Below are positions 49,422 through 58,001 of a stretch of DNA of 58,001 bases, in pieces. Position numbers and translations under genes: made by a program. Numbering within the stretch: the first letter of the stretch is position 1; each line of letters opens with the position of its first letter. The notes under the pieces are model-generated. The model was not told the DNA's origin and made no database searches. It saw only the letters and a list, made by a program, of their open reading frames with translations. The DNA comes from Phoronis australis. Its lineage: Eukaryota; Animalia; Phoronida. The stretch lies in the NCBI GenBank assembly GCA_002633005.1, contig NMRA01000165.1, forward strand, positions 596,489 to 654,489, read 5' to 3'.

Positions 49422-51380
49422 TGTAGTGATAGCTGGCCGTTATAAGTGTGTATTGAAAACAGCGACTGGAGTCTGACATATAACACATGTATTCCCTTGG
49501 CTAGCGAGAGGGAATCACTACGCGATACTACTACATCCCTCCTGTCACAAAGGTAAAGGGTGACAAACTATGAACACTAACGAGCATAACTGGCTTAGTC
49601 TAATAGGAACAACAGTGTATGTTACTGGTGAATGTTTCTTATAACTGTCACTAGTCATAATCACACAAAGTCCTTGAATCGTTCGGGTCGGGAAGTCTTT
49701 CTTCCTGATCTCCTGGGTGCGTTCAGCTGAACGGTAGTGGTGGTAGATTTGTCCTTGTCAGCTGCTGGAACTGTTGCATCGCTAAAATGCACACGCCTTG
49801 GGGTAGAGTCACGCAGTTGACATCTTGTTCTCCTGAGATGGGTACCGTTGGGGGTACACACAATGTAGCTGTCCGGGTTGCCGTCCTTGTCGACAATCGT
49901 GCCAGGGGACCACGTTTTCTTCTCCTTATTTAGAATACGGACGTTCTGGCCTGGGAGCAGCGGTGGAAGCCTACGTGAGCTAGATTGCTGCTGTTGTGTG
50001 CACATGTCGTTGGCTCTTGCTTCTAGCTGCTGACGATGCTCATCCCGTCCAGGAACAGAGTGGCTAGGGAGATTGGTAACAACTGGGCGACCAAAGAGAA
50101 GTTCCGCTGGAGACGGAAGTTTCGCGTCTATGGGTGTGGCTCTTAGCTGGAGCAGTGCAAGTGCGGTGTCTGACTTTTGAAGAAAACACTTCTTGACCAC
50201 TGATTTGATATGACGGACATGTCTTTCTATGAAGCCATTGCTGCGGGGATAGTGGGGTGAGCTTGTGACATGCTTTATGTCCCATGACGATATGAATTCT
50301 CTGAATGAAGGTCCAGTGTACTGGGGTCCATTGTCCGTCATAATCTCGTCGGGTCTTCCGAACAGAGCACAATAATCTCTAATCTTCTTTGTTACAGCTT
50401 GGCTTGTGGCTGAAGTGCCCATCTCGTCAAGCAGAGGGAACTTGGAGTATCTGTCTACGGTCAGCAAGTACTGTCTGCCGTCGACTTCAAACAGGTCAGA
50501 GGCAATAAGTTGCCATGGTCGTGAGGGAACGTCGTGTGGTGTGATGCCTCCACGAGGGTTGGCATCCTGGAATTCTTGACAGAGTGGACAAGACTTGCAC
50601 AGCCTTTCGATATCGGCGCTTATTCCGACCCAGTATACGCTCTCGCGGGCCAATCGTCTTGTCTTCTCCACACCTTGGTGGCTGTCATGAAGTTGTCGCA
50701 AGATGTCTTCCTTCATCGTGTTTGGGATAATGATTTGTCGTCCCTTGAACAGAACACCTGCTTCGACGGCTAATTCGTCTCTAAACGACCAGTAGGGTCT
50801 TGCTCGTTCGGGCAGGTCTTTGATGTTGTCTGGCCATCCTTGGTAAGCGATCTCCTTGATAAAGTTGAGTACTGGGTCACGTGCGGTTTCTTCTCGCAGG
50901 CGGGTTTGTTTGGATTCTGAGAAGTTGACGATGGCAGTTGTTATGTCAATGGCATTGATTCTCTCGTCGAGTTCTATATCTGAGTCGTTCTCGGGGTTTG
51001 GTAGTCGACTGAGGGTGTCGGGGAGTGTCATCTGGCTGCCAGGTCTGTACGTGATCTCAAAATTGTACCCCTGTATCTTCACTAACATTCGTTGGAGTCT
51101 TGGAGGTGTAGAGTGGAGTGGCTTGGAGCATATGGTGACTAGTGGCTTGTGGTCCGTAACGATGACAAATGCTTTGCCGTATAGGTATGTGTGGTATCTC
51201 TGTACTCCGTACACTATAGCCAACATCTCCCTCTCGATGTTTGAGTAGCGGGATTGACAGGCAGTGAGTGTCTTTGAGCCGAAGGCCACAGGTTGTCCGT
51301 CTTGGATAAGAGCGACTCCGAGTCCTTTTTGAGAGGCGTCGACCTCTAAGGTGAGGGTCTTTGTCGCATCGTAGTACGAA
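49422..51380 (-). mobile_element. 5'-truncated Ty3/Gypsy element 2 (RNase H-integrase, PPT, 114-bp 3' LTR at 49422-49535)
   Basis: LTR TGTAGT...ACTACA preceded by purine tract acaggaggga. Homology ends abruptly at ~51380 at the start of RNase H. No 5' LTR. Confidence 0.9.
49661..51376 (-). CDS. Gypsy pol fragment: RNase H and integrase (uninterrupted frame, no native start)
   Basis: YYDATKTLTLEVDASQKGLG, IVTDHKPL, HDSHQG...CPLC, ASDLF, TDNGPQY and SNGFIER; clearly homologous to 39360-41063. Confidence 0.9.
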   Translation of the reverse strand, partial: YYDATKTLTLEVDASQKGLGVALIQDGQPVAFGSKTLTACQSRYSNIEREMLAIVYGVQRYHTYLYGKAFVIVTDHKPLVTICSKPLHSTPPRLQRMLVKIQGYNFEITYRPGSQMTLPDTLSRLPNPENDSDIELDERINAIDITTAIVNFSESKQTRLREETARDPVLNFIKEIAYQGWPDNIKDLPERARPYWSFRDELAVEAGVLFKGRQIIIPNTMKEDILRQLHDSHQGVEKTRRLARESVYWVGISADIERLCKSCPLCQEFQDANPRGGITPHDVPSRPWQLIASDLFEVDGRQYLLTVDRYSKFPLLDEMGTSATSQAVTKKIRDYCALFGRPDEIMTDNGPQYTGPSFREFISSWDIKHVTSSPHYPRSNGFIERHVRHIKSVVKKCFLQKSDTALALLQLRATPIDAKLPSPAELLFGRPVVTNLPSHSVPGRDEHRQQLEARANDMCTQQQQSSSRRLPPLLPGQNVRILNKEKKTWSPGTIVDKDGNPDSYIVCTPNGTHLRRTRCQLRDSTPRRVHFSDATVPAADKDKSTTTTVQLNAPRRSGRKTSRPERFKDFV

Positions 51381-52500
51381 GATAAATTCGAAGTATTCTT
51401 CCGTGAAATACAGACAGGAGAACCTGTATCTGTGTTGTTATGCTTATGATTTTTTTAGTTCTAAACACACAACGCTTGTTATCCCGGCCAGTGGCTCGCA
51501 ACCCGATCAGGCCCGTCGCGGCCGCCGGGACTGGCACGAACATAAACCAGCTTGATTTGGAAACTAAACCTCCAGTCACGACAAGACTATAATAGTGAGC
51601 CAAAGATATAATGTGCATGTATTTATTTATGCGAATTAGCCACGAAACTGAAAATCTACTTACTTGTCAGGGGCCGCGATGTCGGGTTCCCCTTCCACAG
51701 ACCGTCAAGGCAAAGGTTGTACAGTAACAATGATTTGAATTATGTATTTGCATTTCTAAATAAAGATTCCCCTAACGTGTGACCATAGCATATAAAATTG
51801 AGTAATTGTTTCACGACAGCTATCTGTCAGCAAACACTGAATTAGCACTGCGCCCACACGGCCTCAGTGCCCGGTCAATTACCTTTGTTGCCGGCATCAA
51901 AAGCGGGTAATGCAGTGGTTTACTCAATGCTGGCTTCTCAAAACATTTGCACTCACAGCACTCCAAGGCATTACAAATTGTATCTAATGAGACATACTTT
52001 GTTTCAGTTTCATATAAGCATTGGTTAGGATGAGAATAATTCATTTTGAAACAAAACGCAGAATGATAAACGTCTACATGGCAACTCGCCCGGCGCCAAT
52101 CCCGATTTAGTCAAGAGCTCAGGCGACGAAGACTTCACGGGTTGGATAGTTAGGTTTCACAGGTTATGAGTTCGAACCCGGCGGAATACACTGATCAAGG
52201 AATACTAGAGAGGCGCCGTGAACATGCACAGGCAACGGAGCGTATGGATGACTCTTTGCATGTCGTGAACACATCCACTACCACAAGAAACTGTAGGAAC
52301 ACTGCATTTATCCCCCTTCACTCTTATCTGGCTTCTATTGTGAGTCAGCATGCGTGAATAATTGGCTGATAAGCGGCCTCTGGAAGTACTTTTGGCTGAA
52401 TGGATGACTAGGCCATAAAATGATAATTAGCCAAGACCAGTTACTAATGCAACAAAGAATAATGTCCTAGCATCATCTAGCCTTCTGTATACTGTATTGG

Positions 52501-54545
52501 CAGGGCTCGACGCTATTAAAATCGCCAGGTCGCATTTTGCGACCTAGCCAGAATCACAGGTCGCATTTCCAAAATCCAGCTCCCATTCATAAATGCCAGG
52601 TCGCAAAATTTTCCCGCCATTTTTACGCGCCAAAATTGATTTTAGACCATCGAGAAAATGTTTAATTAGATTATGCACTTTCCTGCCGCGTTAAATACTA
52701 ACAAATTTCAGATCCCAAAACTGACTTCGTTCATGAAGGTACGGCATTACTGTTCTTCACGACCGCCAATGAAAGTCTCTAAAGCGCAAGTCAAGTTCCC
52801 GACGTGAAAGTTGAATTAGTGCTCTCTAACTTACACGTGCATTCGAGTAGCTAAGTTTGCAATTTGAAAAGGGAGAAAATGCCCGTTGAAAAAGTATCCG
52901 GGATTTTGTTAGGTCTGACCTGCTACTGGCTGTCATCAAAGTCGTTAAAGATTCAAACTAACTCCGAGGGCAAATTCTCTCCTCTTTTTGTTCGCAGCCC
53001 AAATTTTGCAACTTGACTCATGTTTGAAAAAAATCTGTCGAAAAAAAATCCGTGAAACTATGCTTTAACCGAATAAACAATTCAGTGCAAATTTCACAAC
53101 AAAAATGTGGTACTTATGCTGTTTACGTACTCAACAATTAGTTTTCCATGAAGTGAATAGCCTCCAAATAATTCCCGACTCCCTCCGTGCGAGTTTCCAT
53201 CTGGTATTGGCAAGTTTGCTCAATACCTTCCAGGTACGGGAAAAATAGGTCAGTCACAAAACGACACGCATGTCACTAGTGTTAACTTTCTTTCGGAGGT
53301 ATAAAACAAAGCCGGGATTTGGTTTTTACATATTGAGAACTTAAGACGTTTTTTGAAAACGGAATTTGTTGTGTAAAATGAGAGTGACACACCATATAGG
53401 TTGCGAGTCAATTTTAAAATTTTAAACCACACGCGGTCGTTTGTAGTGCGATATGATGGGCGCAAGCCTAAACTGTGGGCGCTCAATAGCTGGCTACGGG
53501 CATAGAATATAGGGTTTAGAGAACATCGACCTCGAGAAACATCGGAACCGGAAAATATCAGTTCTGGGTTACATCCGTTCCGGGGAATATCGTAAAGCAT
53601 CAGGCCTTGTATAACCGCCGGAAATCATTTTCAAATGAACCATTGGCTTCCGGGTGTTAACAGAGCCAAGCCGGTATACTCTTTCATTTAGGACTGCCGC
53701 TGTTCTCTTTTGATGTGCAGCTTTGAAACGGTGCGCACGCGTGAGTTCACGCACTTGAATCACTGGAATAGGCCTACACTTTACGTTGGCAACAACGTGT
53801 GAAAGACAAATCATATTTCGCGCACGTAGCCCCAGAAACAAGTAATGGGTTTGAGAATTTCGTGGCAACTGAAAGTAAAGATGTGATCGTCGTTTGGGGA
53901 TTAATAGGTTGTCATTTTCACTTTGGTTGTCTTATGGGATAAAAACGAGGCGCACATATCTAAGTCACGATTGTCTTGCCAGGACTGCTTGCACGCTAAC
54001 AACGGGACCGACCAGTGCCGCAGTGCGATATCAGGGATTTTGTCGTGGATATTTTGTAAAAGTAAAAAGGACATCTTAAGCGAAAACATATTTGTCCACC
54101 ACAAAGTTTGATAAGTTGATCGCTTAAGAATTAATAGAAACACCCCCGTTTTTGTGAGGTTTTATCAAGTGTTATATGACCCGAAACTTTCTTCGGCAAA
54201 TCCGGAAATTTGTAAAAGTGGCCGAAAATGTTAGCCAATGAAGGGCGTCAAAGATCGATTCTGCATATCCCATGGTCACGCGACTTGCTTACAAGTCATC
54301 GGGAGGGCTGTTCTCAGTTAGTGGTCTTTTGAACTTGGTTTTGGCAACAACCAAGTATTGGTCGGATTAACAATAGTTGCTTTATATTTGCCAGGTATTT
54401 GTCGAAAAGTGTAAAAACTCAGCTCGCATTCGTTGGAAATTCCAGGTCGCATTTTGCGACTTGATACGAGCTGACAAAAATCTCAGCTCGCATTTCCAAA
54501 TTTCAGGTCGCAAATGCGACCTGCAGCTCGTTATGTCGAGCCCTG
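52501..54545 (+). mobile_element. hAT-like non-autonomous element A, copy 1 (complete, 2045 bp, 5-bp TSD)
   Basis: TIR cagggctcgac / gtcgagccctg. TSD attgg (52496-52500, 54546-54550). Subterminal palindromic repeats aggtcgcattttgcgac at both ends. Confidence 0.9.
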
Positions 54546-55991
54546 ATTGGCTCTAATAAACGCTTAGAAAAATTCATTTCACGGGGAGGGGACACTCATT
54601 GTAGCCTACGGCAGTTGAAACCCGGTTTCCCAAATGGGTAAAATCGGAAGCTAGGATTCATCAAATTTACGCTCTGTGACGCATTTGTAGCCTATGACAG
54701 TCTTTCTACAAAATTGTGGTGCATTGCTATCAACTTCCGTTGTTAAATTACGATATTTTTTCCAAAAATTGTGCTCATCACAGGGCGAAAACTTGCCGAC
54801 TGATGCGTCGCTGAATCGCGATCGTCAATAGGAAAACTTGAACTCTTGAATAAAAACATAGTTTCGACTCAACAAATTACCTGAAATCTTCCTTATGTTT
54901 TACAATTTTTAAAGTTCATGTGGAGTCCAGATTAATTGCGATTAAGTCCAAATCTGCGCTACATAGTACCCCACAACACGAGAAAAATCTCTGGATGAAC
55001 ACATATGTTGTTGTCACGTGACGTTTGTTTTGAAGTTCATCTGCGTATGAGAGTGAGTGAGCGTGCGTGTGTGGGTCATCGACGACAGTCTTTTTTGTTA
55101 CAAAAGGCGGAGGATTATGCAAGAAAATGGCTTTTACTAGATTGTTTTTCACTTAAACGGCCGCAACGTGCAAGGTAAGCGCTGGTTAACTCACCGATTT
55201 TGCGTGCACAGGCCGACGGTCGTTAGCTCTACCGTAGAGTATTATAGTCCAAGGCTCGATCTACATGTTGGGGACGAGGTGAACTACCCGGGCTGTGTGA
55301 AATTTCTTGGTCTAACGGAGACACTGACGCAGCCAGCTCGCTGTATGAAGACTATAGTCAAAATCCAAATTCGTTTTATCGTGTCCCTGTCAATAATAGC
55401 GGCATGCTAAAGTTTCTTAATTTTCGTACTTCGGGAACATAACAATCACGTGTTTTGTACATACGCGCACGCCGCAGATCACACCTCGGGAATTGCCGAT
55501 TTGACGGATGACAATGAATGAGCACAATGAAATTAAAAAACGACATTTTACAGCTTGTAAGATTCATAATAAACGTATTTTGAATATTGCAATGCATGTG
55601 TTCCAAAATCTAAATAACTTGGGTCCTATATTTTTGTATTCGTGCGCGCCGAATGAAAGTAATCGTGAGTGTTGCTGTGCTGCAAAATCTCTTATCCTGG
55701 GCCGATTTGAAAAATTCAAAGTTGTACTTATATTTTTTTTCGCTCCTCTTTTCAAATATTACAGTAAAAACTACGTATAACTCTCTCCATAAAAAGTACA
55801 GTCTGCTAGCTAGATTGTAATCAGCTGATCATATCCACGTGAGCGAAGCCAATTATCCTCGCTAGTGACTCGATGAATAGAGCAGCTTGGCGGCATGCCT
55901 TTGATCGTGAGCCGAGCGCGACTCAGCCAAGGTGGATAAATACGGTCTTGTTCAATTTTCCAAACCCCACCGTTTACCTTGACCATTGGGG

Positions 55992-56255
55992 TTAGGACCA
56001 ATCTTGTTTAGTGGGAGTGTTTATAGCATGGGTAAGCCAGAATTCGTCAGAGAAATCACTGTCGACAAAATGCCGGCCACAGACACAGACATGTTTCATG
56101 TCTTCATACTTGCTATAAACAGCCTACCTATCATTCTTCACTACCGCGAGCCACTTCCTAAGCATTTCGGGCTCTCGAGGAAGTCGAAAAAACGATATAC
56201 CCGCTTTCTTCACAGCTTCATAGTTCGGACAAGCGAGGACGCAATATAGCGGCAT
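55992..56255 (-). pseudogene. THAP zinc-finger domain remnant of the Kolobok-type element
   Basis: MPLYCVLACPNYEAVKKAGISFFRLPREPEMLRKWLAVVKNDR*AVYSKYEDMKHVCVCGRHFVDSDF is a complete C2CH THAP signature (C..C, P, W, CxxHF) with one in-frame TAG. Missed by the ORF track. Confidence 0.85.
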
Positions 56256-56525
56256 TCACTCTGCAGAAGAAGCACTGACGTCGTTGCGTCGTTTCTCACC
56301 TTCCTCATAGGTTAACGCGACTCCTCTCGGCAAGGTGAGGTCAACCGTATAAGAGGCGATGTGGATATAGACCGATTGAGACGGTAAAAAAGACTAATTA
56401 AATCGGGTGGCATTCTCCTTTAACGACTATGCTCACGCACAAGCCTACTCCCTACCTTCGAAATGTTTCCTAATAAGCACTCACTGATCTGCTAAGCGTT
56501 CCCTCAACTTTTGAGAATTTCCAAT

Positions 56526-57538
56526 TAAGCGCCTACAGTTCAGGCTGGCGCCCATCATAGCGCACTACAAACGACCGCACGTGGTTTAAATTTGACCCGC
56601 TGCCTACATGTATATTGTGTGTCACTCTTATATTTTACACAACAAATTCACTTTTAAAAAAAGTCTTTTCTCAATATGTAAGAACCAAATCCCAGCTTTG
56701 TGTCATTCATAAAGTTAGCACTAGTGACATGCGTGTCGTTTTGTAACTGACCTATTTTTCCCGTACATGAAAAGTATTGAGGAGCAAACTCGAATTAGCC
56801 GATGGAAACCCACAGAGTCAGGAATTATTTCGAGGCTATTCATTTTATGGAAAACTAATTGTTGAATACTTAAACAGCATAAGTAGCACATTTTTGTTGT
56901 GAAATGTGCACTGAATTGTTCCTGCGCATCCAAGCACGTCATTCAGTTAGGGCATCGTTTCACAGATTTTTTTTGACAGAGGCTTTACAAACGTCGAGTT
57001 AAATTGTAAAATTTGGGCTGCGAACAAAAAGTGGAGAGAATTTGCACTCTGAGTTAGTTTGGATCTTTAATGACAGTAGCAGGTCAGACCTAGAAAAATT
57101 GCAGATACTTGGCAACAAGCATTTTCTCCCTTTTCACATCGCAAACTTACCTACTCGAATGCACGTGTCAGTTAGAGAGCACTGATCCAGGCAACTTTTA
57201 CTTCGGCAACTTGCCTTGCGCTGTAGAGCCTTTCAATGGCGGTAGTGACGAACAATAACACCGTACCTGCATGAGCGAACTCAACTTTGCGTTCTGAAAT
57301 TTGTGAGTATCTAACGCTGCAGAAAAGAGCATAATCTAAACATTTTCTCCATGATCTAAAAATCAATTCTGGGGCGTAAAAATGGCGGAAAAATTTTGCA
57401 ACCTAGCATTTATGAATGCGAGCTAGATTTTGAAAATGCGACCTGAGATTTTGGCTAGGTCGCAAGGCGTCACCTGGCGATTTTAAAAGCGTTGAGCCCT
57501 AAAATGTGACCTGGTGATTTTAAAAGCGTCAAGCCCTG
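56526..57538 (-). mobile_element. hAT-like element A, copy 2, proximal fragment with duplicated terminus
   Basis: Reverse complement of 52501-53485. The terminal ~37 bp is duplicated (gcgttgagccct at 57500, gcgtcaagccctg at 57538). Confidence 0.85.
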
Positions 57539-57539
57539 A

Positions 57540-58001
57540 ACATACATATAAATATGTGGGCACATAAAAATCTTTTATTGGGTTTAGGAGATTCAGCTAT
57601 GGGTGCAAAAAAAACTACCACTAGGAGGCGCCACACTAGGCAAAGTTGTCATCGTCAACCATTTCCTTCACACTAAGAACATATATGCCAATTTTTACAA
57701 TCATCCATGAAATCGACTGGTTGATAGAGAGGCAGACGCCAAAAAACAGTCTCGAATACAACAAAAACAAGAGCAACGCAGAGCGTTGAAATGCGCCCAC
57801 AATTGCACCGCATACGGTATCCTTCCAGGGTTGTTTATTGGTACCACAAAGTGGCCAGTAGAGAGCATATATGTAGTATGTTGTACTTAGCAAAATGGAA
57901 AGGCATGGTCATTGTCTCCTCAATAGGCTAGGGGCAAAATGTGAGTAATCTTCATAATACAAGCACATCCTATACACCAGTTGCTTAAAGCACCACAGAA
58001 A
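57540..58001 (-). mobile_element. HINE array resumes
   Basis: Half hairpin catataaatatgtgggcacataaaaa, a monomer with ccactaggaggcgcc, and a 3' end caagagcaacgc-aga-gcgttgaaatgcgcccac (57768-57800). Confidence 0.75.

Larger units (their letters stand above)
49041..56419 (-). mobile_element. Kolobok-type DNA transposon (decayed, carrying nested insertions)
   Basis: TTAA TSD (49037-49040, 56420-56423). 15-bp TIR aggagaatgtcaccc / gggtggcattctcct with 1 mismatch and RR termini. THAP ORF starts near the right end. Confidence 0.78.

Overview
Eukaryotic (animal, probably invertebrate) genomic DNA with GT-AG introns and an assembly gap at 34074-34406. Two tandem + strand SLC22-family (organic ion, MFS) transporter paralogues are present. 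Paralogue 1 shows 7 exons from 2049 to its stop at 11047, with its 5' end upstream of the window. Paralogue 2 shows exons 1-4 from 18258 to 28020, and I found no later exons. The rest is dense with transposons. These include two inverted PIF/Harbinger copies, a decayed BEL/Pao element, a decayed intron-containing Mutator-like transposase gene, a full-length but mutated Ty3/Gypsy element with 144-bp LTRs, a second truncated Gypsy, a Kolobok-type element with a THAP remnant, hAT-like elements and MITEs, and tRNA-derived SINE-like heads. There is also an array of Helentron-associated (HINE/DINE-1-like) repeats. Three observations stand out: (i) the HINE array is built from ~140-160-bp monomers in a trimeric higher-order pattern, each monomer carrying a co-oriented CTCF-like motif; (ii) paralogue 1 has replaced all three residues of the SLC22 Tyr-Glu-Arg (YER) triad; (iii) a 4-5-level nested transposon stack lies at 47962-57538. 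All family assignments come from manual reading and recalled motifs, not database searches.
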